From Leucoraja ocellata (lineage: Eukaryota), in the NCBI GenBank assembly GCA_036785375.1, contig JAWMAR010000008.1, forward strand, positions 9,486,001 to 9,550,000: DNA of 64,000 nucleotides. The letters are read 5' to 3'. The notes below the pieces were generated by a model. That model worked only from the letters and a program-made list of their open reading frames with translations, made no database searches and was not told the DNA's origin. Each line of letters opens with the position of its first letter. The first letter of the stretch is position 1. The position numbers and the translations under genes are program-made. Below, piece by piece: positions 11,424 through 23,570 of this stretch.

Positions 11424-12317
11424 AAATTACATAAAGAGTATTTTAAGTAAGAGTTCCAACAGTTAGTCTGGAAATTTGTCCAAAATATTCACCTAATGAA
11501 GACATTTGGTCTAGAGCCATACTTTTTTTTCTTTATCCAACACCACTCTAGGAAAATTAATAACTGTTGATTCAGTCTTAGACTGTGTGAGATTCTGCTG
11601 ATGTAGAAACGCTCATTTTCTTTCCGATGAGCATGGAAAACCAGAAAATGGAACTAACCCATCCACATTGTACTCTTTTAAAATCCACAGTAAGAAAGAT
11701 CAATTTCTTTTGCCTACGGCACTGTGCACTACAGTTTGTGTATCAAACACGGCAAAAGGTGGGGAGAAATGATATAATAGGAATTATTTGGATAGGTGTA
11801 AAAGCCTAATGGTCCAGATGTTCTCATTTTGCTATAGTATGATTAGCCTTGCAGCCCTGCACAGATGATCACGTTTTGATGAAGCTACAGTATTAGGAGA
11901 ATGGGTAGATTTCCAAGGATTCTCGTATATTTGTAGCTGTAAGAAAGTTTCAATGAATGAGATGCCAATTTTAGTTCACACTTGGAAACGCTTTGCTGAT
12001 GAACTTAATAGGCAGGGAAGTCTAACTGCAGCACATTAGCACACTGTCAGGTATGGCGTCCAGGCCACTAGCCATCTTTAGCAATTCTTCACCCTCTTAG
12101 CAATGCTCATTCAGACTTTTACAACACATTTAATTCCATGCTGAAAATCAAGATGTGGAAAGAATCATAGGATTTTTTTAATACTTCCAATTGTGAAATT
12201 CCAGTAGATTTTTAAAAATTATTTTCACGTGATTGTTCACTTGAGTATCTGTCACAAAGTCTTGTTTAAAAACTGTGAAACTGTAGTCAATCTTCAAAGC
12301 TTATGATTAGATGATTA

Positions 12318-12610
12318 GGGCGGCACAGTGGTGCAGTGGTAGAGTTGCTGTCTTACAGCTCCAGAGACCCAGGTTTGATCGTGATAATGGGTGCTGTCTG
12401 TACAGAGTTTGTACGTTCTCCCTGTGACTACGTGGGTTTTCTCCGGGTGCTCCAGTTTCCTCCCACACTCAAAAAGAAGTACAGGTTTGTAGGTTAATTG
12501 GCCTCGGTAAAAATTGTAAATTGTCCCTAGTGAGTAGAATAGTTATTGTATGGGAATCGCTGTGAGCTGAAGGGCCTGTTTCCATGCTGTATCTCTAAAG
12601 CCTAAAGTCC
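12318..12610 (+). mobile_element. HE1 V-SINE, full length
   Basis: gggcggcacagtggtgcagtggtagag A box, B box, V domain, and gggcctgtttcc...tctctaaa tail. Confidence 0.9.
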
Positions 12611-12809
12611 AGTCCAACCCATGCAGCTGATTCTTCATTGTTTCCAGAGTTCAAGGCCAGTTAGAAATGCACCATTGCCAGCGATGTCCATATCCCAGTG
12701 GAATAGAAAAATGAGAATAGAATAGAAACGTTCTCCCTGTGACTGTGTGGGTTTTCTCCAGGTGCTCTGGTATCTTCCCACATTCCAAAGACATACAGGT
12801 TTACAAGTT

Positions 12810-13033
12810 GTTCAAGAAGGAACTGCAGATGCTGGAAAATCGAAGGTACACAAAAATGCTGGAGAAACTCAGCGGGTGCAGCAGCATCTATGGAGCGAAG
12901 GAAATAGGTGACGTTTCGGGCCAAAACCCTTCTTCAGACTGATGAAGGGTTTCGGCCCAAAACGTCACCTATTTCCTTCGCTCCATAGATGCTGCTGCAC
13001 CCGCTGAGTTTCTCCAGCATTTTTGTGTACCTT
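12810..13033. mobile_element. Penelope-derived hairpin mini-element, 14-bp TSD, two opposed hammerhead motifs
   Basis: Near-perfect ~95-bp inverted arms. TSD caggtttacaagtt at 12796-12809 and 13034-13047. Confidence 0.9.
12910..12937 (-). ncRNA. Minimal hammerhead ribozyme motif
   Basis: CUGAAGA-A-GGG-UUUUGG-CCC-GAAAC-GUC. The opposed plus-strand copy (12939-12966) has G12>A. Confidence 0.65.
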
Positions 13034-13440
13034 CAGGTTTACAAGTTAATTGGCTTCAGTAAATATGTAAATTGTCCCTAGCGTGTAGGATAGTGTTTGT
13101 GTACAGGGTGATTTCTGGTTGGTGCGTTCTCGGTGGGCCACATTTTATCTCTAAAGTCTAAAGATCCAACTTGAGATTTGAGATAGGCCTGCGGGAAAAA
13201 AAGGTTTTAGTAAGCTCTGTGTCTCTGTTAGAGCCAAAAAGCAGTCGAAATGATACACTCTTAGAATGGTCAGTCACAGGAGCAAAGAATGCATGTTCAG
13301 CAATAAACACTACTCTCCAATGTCACACTCCATCTCTGAACAATCTGGCAATAGCACAACTGGCTGAATGGAAAACATGCAGGACAAAAGTAAAAGTAAA
13401 ATAGGTATCGTCAAAAATACACTGAGAAGTGATTAGTACA

Positions 13441-13563
13441 AGGGTTTCGGCCCGAAACGTTGCCTATTTCCTTCGCTCCATAGATGCTGCTGCACCCGCT
13501 GAGTTTCTCCAGCTTTTTTGTGTAACCTTCGATTCTCCAGCATCTGCAGTTCCCTCTTAAACA
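13441..13563 (+). mobile_element. Single-arm Penelope 3' end, 7-bp TSD
   Basis: Begins inside the hammerhead (agggtttcggcccgaaacgtt). tagtaca occurs at 13434-40 and 13564-70. Confidence 0.8.
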
Positions 13564-13928
13564 TAGTACATGTTCTCACCCAGTTTGGGCAGATATCGTA
13601 AATTTGGTACAAAAGCTGCACAAACAGGTGCAATAATAAAAAAATCCTTCCTGTGCGTGGCATTGAAATTCCCCCAACAACTTTCAACTGACTGCTCACA
13701 TTTTTCTTGAGTTTGATTTGGGTTTGAAATAAAAATTATTCATGTCTATCCATATTTATAGCCAGTTTCCTTAATCACGGAGTGAGACTCACATCTTCAC
13801 CATTATATCACAACTTAATTATTTTACAATTTTATCACCCAACTAAAGACACAACCCTCATGCAATTTTACGCTCATTTAATCTGCTCTTGTGGTTTGCA
13901 CTCTTTCAATTATTATCTTTATTAGAAA

Positions 13929-14506
13929 CTAGACCAAGTGCAGACCCGTTGGGTCTGGTCCCCGAACTTGCTTCAGACCCCCCGAGTACGGGGCGGAGGG
14001 AGGGGGGAGGGGGATGTTACTGAACTGAACTCACTGTGGAATGAAAAGTCAGTGAAAGCGGCGCGATTAGAGACTGTGAGGCCTTGCATCCTCGCCACTT
14101 CTGAGACGCCGGCTCTGTCGCGCTGGCTGTTCCCCCGCTGCTGGAAAAGCAGTGGTTGAAGATGCGATGTTTGGCTTGAGGCAGTGTGACAGAGCCGGGC
14201 AGGGCACCAGCGGTAGGGGGAAAATGTCGGCGTTTTTGGAGCAAGAGGCGGGCGTCAGCAGCCGTTATGGTCTCTGGCCAACAGGAGGCAACAAAATGAG
14301 TGAGTGGGGTCGGGGGATTTGATTAAAAAATGGGTACATAAAAAAGTCAAAATGTTTTGAGGAGTGCATAATTGAATGTAATAGTGAATGAGCTAGCGAA
14401 ATGGAAAAAATGACGGAGATTCAGTGTGTGGTGCTGGAGGAACAAGGAATCAAAGGCCGAATCTGACATACACCCACACACACACAGAGTTTTAATAGTA
14501 TAGAGA
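13929..14506 (-). mobile_element. Non-autonomous Helitron
   Basis: Minus strand starts A|TCTCTATACTATTAAAACTCT and ends with the hairpin agacccaacgggtct and CTAG|T. No TSD. Confidence 0.8.
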
Positions 14507-16871
14507 TGGAAAAAAATGCCTCACATTTCTCAACTGAATGCTGACCATTTCAGTTTACCACCAGGTACAACATTTCCAGTGTGAACCCAAGGCAGTGACT
14601 CAACTCAGATTTGTCTGATATTAGCACTCCTAAAAAAGCTGAAATGCACTTTTAATAACTCTAATAATCCAGTTACTGCTAAGGTTATGAATTTAGCATA
14701 ATCGCTTCTGCTATTTACAATGCCTGTTTTTTTTCTTGTAGTTGTCTGGGATGCATTTAGACTATAGCAAGTGACATCATTATAACAGTGTGCAGGAAAT
14801 GAGGTGAGGCAGAAAATTGATTAGGACCTTCTTTAATGTACTGAAGACCAATCAAGTGGCCATACATGCTTTGCCTTGAGGATATCTACCAGCGTGAATA
14901 AGTAAAGCATCATAGTAATTGGTTGTGGTTCAGCTGACAACTAGATTTTTTTAAATGAAACTGTCTGGCCCCTAAAATTAAAACCTAAAAACTGCATTAT
15001 CCAGATAGTTTTCAAATTATATTGTAATAACAAAAATAATACATATTGTGCAGCATATAATAACATATCTTTATAATAGCCTAGAAAGTAGAATGTTAGC
15101 ATTGTGTATTTCAGTGCTATCCTACTGAAAATAACAGTTGGACGAGGTTAAACGCATAACAGCCAAGTCCAGGTTTCTTATGTCCAGAAATTCAATTGGG
15201 AGTTTTTCAAGGGGGTGAAGCTCGATTGTTTGATGCAATTTGTACTTCAGATGCACGTGAAATGACATTATTTTGTTTGATGTTAGAGCGCGGCAAGGAA
15301 TATTAGTCCACATTATCCTGATAGCCACCATTGTTAGTGACCCCCCCAGGTTAATCATGTTATTGTTGTGTAATATTGCACTGGGATTCCATTAGGGTAA
15401 ATCTCATTCTTGCATTCTCTTCTTATGCACTGTCATACTGCTCTCCAGGCATCGATCGCTCCACTAACACCCTGCTCTGCTCAGGTTCCAATTCTTTCAA
15501 GATTGCTGAACTTGTCACCATCTGAAAACCCTGATCATCTGATTCCCAAGGCTCTGGTCTGAAGAATCCTTGATCTACAATCCCATGTATTTTCCAATTC
15601 AGTGACCTCCAAGATTCTGATCTCCCAAGTCCTTGCCAGTTGTCCGTGCAGAAAAGATTCCCTTGTCCCTAATGCTTTGATCCCAAGGACCTTCATGATC
15701 ACTCATCCCATCACTTCCTAGGAATTCCAACTCAGTAATTCTCAAGGCACATATAATTCAATAGTTGAGCATAGAGAGATAAATAAACAAACAATTGATA
15801 ATGCTCGGCAGAAATGTAGCTCACTTGGAAAGGGATTCCAGGAGAAAGACGGACCATCCATGGTTGACAAAGGATGTCAAGAATATAATAAATCTAAGAC
15901 AAGAAATGTAGAGTGGCAAGGACTAGTAGTAGACCAGAGGACAAGGAATTTTATAAGAACGAGAAAGTAGCTCATCATCTGAGCATCCATTGTCCCACCA
16001 GTAGTGTTCGCCCAACATCTGAGTGTTACCATCAACATCTGCTGGGCAGTATATGTTGGCTGCTCTGGAAATATTGGCACTTATCCATAGCTCTGGATAC
16101 CATCATGCAAAGCAGCTTCAGAACATCGCAGCTCTTCTACAATATTTTCTCTTGTAGATCTACTTCTTAAAGTTCCCACGACCAAAATGGTCGCCGGCTA
16201 AGAGCCCCTGTAGTGTCCCTGCAGACTCTTCTAGCAGCGTTCCCTGCATTACATTGCATCTTTATTCTCCCAACTGTGCTCAATACTAAGGACAAGAAGC
16301 AGCTGATATCTACAGAGATCTGTTCACTCAGCACTTCCCACACAGCTCCCTGGCCACATCTGTAGTTTTAACTAGGCATGGAACTTACCAAACTTTAAGA
16401 AATACAACAGCCAAACAACCAGATGGGGTTGAACACATTCCTAACATTTCTAACATTTACTGTTTTTATTTGAGATTTCTAGAATCTGCTGCTGTCTATG
16501 TATTGATCATGTTGCTGTATTTTGTAACCATTCTATTCTTCCATTAATTTTAATTTCTGCACCGTCTGGAAAAAGTGAATATTGGAATACATACTGGATT
16601 GCAAATAGAGTGTTACAAAACAGTCACACAGCTGCTCTGAATGTGTATTTAAGGCATTCACTTCATTATCACATACACCTTATAGCACTGACATTACACT
16701 TCAGCAGAAGCTTCTATAGAGGCTGTGATATATCAAGCTGTTTCGTAATTTCACTGGAAAAGTTTATTAAAACTTCTGGTATGTGGACAGCGTAGTTACT
16801 TTCCTGCAATCAGCAAGCATGAGAAGCTTTCTCTTTAATAGTGGATCTTTGTGCAGAGTTTGGTTACCCAG

Positions 16872-17049
16872 GTGTATTCAAGAGAGAGTTGGATATAGCT
16901 CTTCAGGCTAAAGGAATCAAGGGATATGGGGAGAAAGCAGGAACGGGGTACTGATTCTGGATGATCAGCCATGATCATATTGAATGGTGGTCCTGGCTCG
17001 AAGGGCCGAATGGCCTACTCCTGCACCTATTTTCTATGTGTCTATGTTT
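16872..17049 (+). mobile_element. CR1/HER1 3' end
   Basis: Same tail as 760-938. Confidence 0.9.
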
Positions 17050-17132
17050 ATTTGAGTTCTAGACAGAAAATCTGGAACTTCCAGTTACCCTGAACAGCAT
17101 AAACACCAAGCCACATATGTATGTTTCATCCC

Positions 17133-17356
17133 AGGTAGACAAAAATGCTGGAGAAACTCAGCGGGTGCAGCAGCATCAATGGAGCGAAGGAAATAGGCAA
17201 TGTTTTGGGCCAAAACCCATCTTCAGATCTGAAGAGGGTTTCGGCCTGAAACGTTGCCTATTTCCTTCGCTCCATAGATGCTGCTGCACCCGCTGAGTTT
17301 CTCCAGCACTTTTGTCTACCTTCGATTTTACAGCATCTGCAGTTCCTTCTCAAACA
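17133..17356. mobile_element. Penelope-derived hairpin mini-element with hammerhead motif (17229-17255, +)
   Basis: Inverted arms joined at cttcagatctgaag. The plus strand reads CUGAAGA-GGG-UUUCGG-CCU-GAAAC-GUU. Confidence 0.85.
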
Positions 17357-17779
17357 TGTATTGAGGATTCATCCTCATCTGCAAGGCAGCCTGACGAACA
17401 GAAAACAATCTTGTTAGAAGGAAAATTCCTGTGGTTTAAGGCTCATCCCAGGAGCAGACAGATTTAATGATGTTGGATATGACAGGAGAGACTCTTGATT
17501 CTGTTGGATGGCTTGTTTTGGAGATGAAAGTTTTAATGGCAGGCCTTGGATATATTATATTAACTGTCTTTATCTCACCAATGATGTTGCATGGCCCGCT
17601 GAGCATTGCCAACATTGTCGCTGGGTAAGAGGAAACGAGGCTGAGAGAAATCCTGTGGGTGGAGCTAGCGTGTGGAGGTGCAGAAAGTGACAAGAGATGA
17701 GGGGCATGGGAGAGAGATGGTGGATGGTAATCATGGGGCGTCAGTGGAGAGGTGACATCGACAGTGGCAAGGACTGGCA

Positions 17780-18075
17780 CTGAGTAATAACTCCGGCACA
17801 GGCTCTGGCCACTTAAATCAGCTGCCCTGGACATTTTATGACTGTTTTTACTTGTATTTTAATGTTGCTGTTTTTACCTGCACTTTTTAAAACTATTTGT
17901 ACTGTTTTATCAGGAACTGGATTGTTTTTTTTATTGTTTTTATTATATGCGTGAAATGTTTAAGTTTTATGTGCGATGCTCCAGTATTCCCTAGGAAACG
18001 TCTTCTCATTTTGCACTGTACAACTGTTGCTTTGCAAGATGACAATAAAGGATGATGATGATGATGATGATGATT
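17780..18075 (+). mobile_element. LINE (Rex1/L2-like) 3' UTR with (GAT)n tail
   Basis: T-rich UTR, ...gatgacaataaag then (GAT)8. Confidence 0.6.
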
Positions 18076-19361
18076 TAAATGGCTTGTTTGCTGGATATGG
18101 AGTTAAAACTAGAACTTTTTAAGAATAGAATTACTAAATTAGCTTCATGGGGGGTTTGGATCACATTTGAAAATGTTAACATGTATTGGTATTGGTTTAT
18201 TAGTTACCAATATATGGTGAAAAACTGCATTCTATCCAGTCAAATTGTACTATACATAAGTACAATCAAGTTATACACAAAATTGTAGTGCAAAGAGAAA
18301 AACACCAGAGTGCACAATATAATGCCACAGCATTAAAGCATTGCAGTCTGTTTGTCTTCCCAACCAGTAACAACCTTGGCAATAGAGAGAATTTTTCATA
18401 CAATCCAAAGCCACCCTTGTTTGTACCAATGCCACAAGGGCAGTGCAGTCCTAGTAGGTTGGTTAGATGTGCCAAAAAAATTGAACGCATTGGAGTAGGC
18501 ATTTGTTAATGTAAAAGCACTTGATCACAGATCCCAAACACCCAGTGAAATAAAATGGACTCTGAAACATCACTAAATTGGTTTTGTAATGTTCTTTCCA
18601 CAAAGGAATAAATCCTTGTATAAGAAGATTAACATACAGTTCAGACCCCAATGTCAAAGTAATGTTGAGTTTTTACTGCTGTTAGATTGATTTATCGGTG
18701 TTGATGGCAGGGGAAACATATATTGCCAGCTCAAATTGTCCATTTTCTTGGCTTGCTATCGTTCTGGGACCACATGCAAGCCAAACCCCAGATAAAGATG
18801 ACAGATTTCACTCGTGAATTAGATGAATTTTAACAAAGATCCACTGAGCAACTTGGGGGCAAAGAAGACATAACATTTTAAAATTGTAACATGCCTCAAA
18901 ATACCGGATAGCTGCTCGACCTCCTTCTTTAAAAACAACTGGGCTTGCACAATAAATGAATTAAACTGCCATATTAAGTATTGCAAGGACATTTTCGCAA
19001 GTTGTAATGTTTCTTCGCAAAGACGCTAAAAATGTTTGTTCGGCATTTTGTATTTCTTTACCTGGTCTTTCTAATTGTGTTTCTTATTCAAACTATTTTT
19101 TTCTGTCCATTTTTATTTTACAGTTTTTATACCGTATCTGACTGATTTTATTCACCCTCTGCAAATCTATTGTTTTCTTCAAGCCCACTGGACAATTAAA
19201 TGTCATTCTTATCTTTCACTCAGACGCCCATAGATCATTCAGCCTGTCAGCTATCAGCTAAGCCAGCTATCAGAGCATCCCCATCAGTCTCAGTCCCATA
19301 CTTATTTTTCTGTTACATATTCTTCATACGTTCCAGGTTCTCCTGCCACGCACAGGCACCA

Positions 19362-19693
19362 GGGCGGCATGGTGGCACAGCGGTAGAGTTGCTGCCTTAC
19401 AGTGACTGCAGTGCCGTAGACCCGGGTTCGATCCCGACCACGGGTGCTGTCTGTACAGAGTTTGTACATTTTCCCCATGACCGCATGGGTTTTCTCCGAG
19501 ATTCTGGGTTTCCTCCCCCACTCCAAAGACGGACAGGTATGTAGGTAAATTGGCTTGGTAAATCTAGAAAAAAAAAATTGTCCCTAGTGTGTGTCGGATA
19601 GTGTTAATATGTGGGGGTCGCTGGTCGGAGCGGACCCGGTGGGCCGAAGGGACTGTTTCCGTGCCGTATCTCTAAGCTAAACTAAACGAAACT
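19362..19693 (+). mobile_element. HE1 V-SINE, full length
   Basis: Intact A/B boxes (gggttcgatccc) and (AAACT)n tail. Confidence 0.9.
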
Positions 19694-19819
19694 AGAGGCA
19701 ATTTATACTTAATTAACCTACTGGTACATTTGGAATATGGGAGGATTGAATGGAAACCCGTGCATGTCACTGGGAGAACCTGCAAATTCGTGAAACTCTA
19801 GCTCCTGTGCGCTAACTCT

Positions 19820-20520
19820 TAGTGAAGGTCTTGGTGATGGTATTGCCATTGGAAGTCAAGAGTAGGTGACTAGATGTTCACTTGATAAAGATAATCACCG
19901 TCTGACACTTACAATGCATAAAGTCTATTGGCTACTTATCACCCCATGTCTGAATACGATCTACTATCTTGATGCGTGCTGGCATGGACTGCTTCGTTCA
20001 TTGAGACATTCGCAAAGGGTGGAACATTGAGCAATTATCAGGAACATTCACACTTCTGATCTTATGATGCATTGACAAAGCAGCTAAAGATAGTTGGGGC
20101 AAGGGCACTGGTCTAAGGAATTCTTGCAGTGATGTCCCAGGGACAGGATGAAAGACCACTATTAACAATCATCTTCTTTTGTATGGCTCCAAAGCTTTTT
20201 CCTTTGATGCTCATTGAGCGGTTTTATTAGGGCTTCTTGCTGCCACGCTTGGTCAAATGCCGCCTTGATGATGGGACAGTCACTATCACCTTACCTCTGA
20301 CATTTAGCTACTTGGTATATGTTAGGTTCAAGACTGCAATGAGCTTTAGAGTTGAGTGCTGTAGTCCTGATGAAACCCAGTCATGACAATAGTGATTACA
20401 GGTAGATTGGAGGTCAGATAGTTTCACCTCACGGGTTGGATTGCTCACTACCGGCTGCAGAGCTAATCTTTCTGCTACATCCTCTGGACCTGGTCAGCAC
20501 AGTCATTAGTGGCGCTCCAA
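19820..20520 (-). mobile_element. Old CR1/L2-clade LINE RT fragment
   Basis: Minus strand catcaaggcggcatttgaccaagcgtgg encodes IKAAFDQAW (RT motif D.KAAFD.VW). Related to 4640-5060. Confidence 0.6.
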
Positions 20521-21431
20521 ATCATCAATCTTTACCGACCACGGCCATCAAGTCCCACCCAACAACTGCATCATAACAAACTAACAGGTCCCTGATGCAC
20601 TCTTGCACACATGAGCCACTGACTCCTGCTCACAACCTATGATTGTGACTGCTCCCACCATCCAAAACATCCTCATACCATAATCCACAGCTGTTTCTAT
20701 TTACCATTGTGATCACCAACTTTCCCTCCACCCTCAGCCCCTCTATTCCCCGCAGCCCCTTTGTAGAGTACAGAAAAGACATGCCTTTCTCAGAGTACAG
20801 TGATTAGAATAAAATTAAGAAGCATCTTTACACTAGAGATGCAAATTGAAATTTCTCGAAAGCTTGCGGCTGCTGTGTCAGCAGAAGTTTATTTAGACTT
20901 TACTTTAGACCTCAGAGATACGTTCACATTTTTCAATCAAGGCCAGCAAATATTTACCTGTTCTTTCCCCTAGCCTTTTCAAGTAAACCAATGGCAACAA
21001 TTGCATGCATTGCATCATGTCATTGCATCATGTCAACTTATTCATGACGATTGGTCCAAATAAAAAAAGCGCATTCTATTTCCAAATCTGCAACTGAATA
21101 TCTATTGCACTTTCCTCATTCCATCTGAATATTTCACAGGCTAATAATCAACAAACATAATTTTCTGCCAAGGGACAATCTAAATTGGTATCTCAGTTAC
21201 TGACAATACCTAAAAAGTAGCGGCAGAAAGGGAGCATTGACAGTAGACATTCCAGGAAGGCCACTGAAACATTCCTAGGTAGTGCTGCCCATATGATACA
21301 GAGGCGCTGTGGTATTCCCAAAACAACTCAGATTTCACTTGGTCTCAAAATGCACACATTGTAGGTCAAAGCCAACATACACTTAGTAAATGTTGCTCTT
21401 TATTTTTGCAAATCCCTCCCCGCACAGACAA

Positions 21432-21935
21432 GGATTGTAGGAAGGATGTGGGGGCTTTGGAGAGAGTGCAGAAGAGGTTTACCCGAATCCTGCCTGGATT
21501 AGAGGATATTAGCTACAAGAAGAGGTTGGACAAAGTTGGATTTTTTTCTATGGGGCATCGGCAGCCGAGGGAAAACATGATAGACGTGCATGAAATTATG
21601 AGGGAATAGATAGCGTAGATGGTAAGAATCTTTCTCCCGGGGTGGAAAAGTCAAAGACCAGAGGGCACGGCTCTAAGGTCAGAGGGGAGAGTTTAAAGGG
21701 ATGTGCCACAGCAAGTCTTTTTACACAGAGAATGGTCTTTGTGTGGAATGTTTTGCCAGCGGTGGTGGTAGTTGAAGCAGATATAATATTGGCATTTAAG
21801 AAGCTTTTAGATATGCACCTGCAAATGCAGGGAATGGAGAGATATGGATCATGTGCAGGCAGAAGAGATTACCTTGACATCATTTTCGGCACAGACAATG
21901 TGTTCAGGTGCGGAACTGTTTTCTGTTGACTGTAC
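21432..21935 (+). mobile_element. CR1 LINE 3' fragment
   Basis: KDVGALERVQKRFTRILPGLEDISYKKRLDK; KTRGH...FTQRMVFVWNVLP. Confidence 0.9.
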
Positions 21936-23156
21936 TTCAAGAATAAGGAAAGATTATGTTTGTCCTTGAACCCACTATATGGAGATGTTGCTCAACCATC
22001 AGGAACGAGGCTTAAATCAAAGAAATTGTCCCTTTCTAATAACAGGTACTCCACAACATTTGATCTGTATCGATAGTGGCCAACACAAATCTGAGCAAGC
22101 TGGGTTTTTTTTTACTTGAACCCATGTTTAACAATATCCCTTCAGGATTCAGATATTCCAGAATTTATTCATAGAAAAGGTGAGGTATTGTGGACTTGCC
22201 AGGCTGCATTAGTAGCTAGGTGGAGTAAAAAAAAACACTTGGCATTACATAGAGGGACTGAATCAATCCATTCACTTGGCCTGTAATGTCATTAAAGAAC
22301 TTTTGGACCTTATTACATATTTTCTCTTGCTGAATGCCTAAGTCACATGAAAGCATATAAAGAATAGACTACTGATATGAGAGTCCTCATAGACATATGG
22401 GAGTTATTATAGGTAAATGGAGTTGCACATCAGCTGTAATCTAATTGAGTCTAGGAATACTCCAGCAGAACTGAACTGCCTATTTCCTGATCGTATACAG
22501 CAGCAATAATGTTTTTCCTTAAGTTTCTTTAAAATATATAGTCCAACATTTTTGCTGATAGGAACCAACAGTGTTCATTTGATCTATTAAACACATAAAT
22601 TGTAAAAAGACCTTCAGTAGATGGTTTTGCAAACACATGCTGCTGCAATAAATGTAATGGGAAGAATCTATGTAAATTTGACCTTTTTATCTTTGTACCT
22701 TTTTCATCCACCAGCATGTGGTAAGCTTGATCACAGCTTGCTGTTTTCTGATTTTGGAGTGCGTTAGTGGGAACTGGTAGACTGCATGCTGGTCATTAAC
22801 ATTATTCAATCCCTAATTGCAGTTTAAGACAAAATTTCCATTTTGACCGATCATCAAATTCTCCTAATTTTTTGCGACTTTTAGTGTTATGGCAATCAAC
22901 AGCACCTGGTGGACTTCCTTTAAAAGTAAAATACTGCCTTTCTTGGGGAATCATTCTTGGGGAAGATCTAATCATGTCACAGCAACAGATTAAATATACT
23001 ACAGTCCAGCACATCCACAAATGAACAGTGGAGATGCGAGAGACTGTGGTTGCTGGAATCTGGAGCAACAAATGAATGGTGCTCAGTTTTTCAAGAGAAG
23101 ATGTGGAAGTGGCAACTAAGCGTACAATCAAATTGAAACCTCGAATTACGTCGCAA

Positions 23157-23570
23157 AAAGAAGGTTGGTGAATCTGTGGAATTCTTTGCTACAGAAGACT
23201 ATGGAGGCCAAGTCAGTGGATATTTTTTAGATAGAGAGAGAGAGATTCTTGATTAGTACAGGTGTCAGAGGTTATGGGGAGAAGGCAGGAGAATGGGGTT
23301 TGGAGGAAGAAATAGATCAGCCATGATTGAATGGCGGAGCAAACTTGATGGGCCGGTCTAATTTTACTCCTATTCCTTATGACAATATAAATTTAATTGG
23401 AAAATAGTTGGATTTGGCGCCAGGGAACTTTATTTGCATTTGATAATTAGCCCACGTTATAAGTTCATTAGTTCATAAGTGATAGGAGCTTCAGAATTAG
23501 GCCATTCTGCCATTCAATCTCTCCCTTAACCCCATTCTTCTGCCTTCTCACTATAAACCCTGATACCCAT
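23157..23570. mobile_element. Two CR1 3' fragments in tail-to-tail orientation (23157-23383 +, 23457-23570 -)
   Basis: gtgaatctgtggaattct...gatcagccatgattgaatggc and its reverse complement. Confidence 0.75.

Larger units (their letters stand above)
12728..13162 (+). mobile_element. HE1 V-SINE (5' truncated) split by PLE hairpin element
   Basis: The SINE body resumes exactly after the duplicated caggtttacaagtt. Confidence 0.85.

Noticed and set aside
11970-12056. AG...GT bounded candidate exon
   Set aside because: Stop codons in all three frames.
12318-12400. tRNA-like A/B boxes here and at 19362, 34200 and 53250
   Set aside because: These are SINE heads continuing into the V domain and LINE-derived tail, not tRNA genes.
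15530-15730. Recurrent tcccaag motif suggesting a decayed tandem repeat
   Set aside because: No consistent period could be established by eye.
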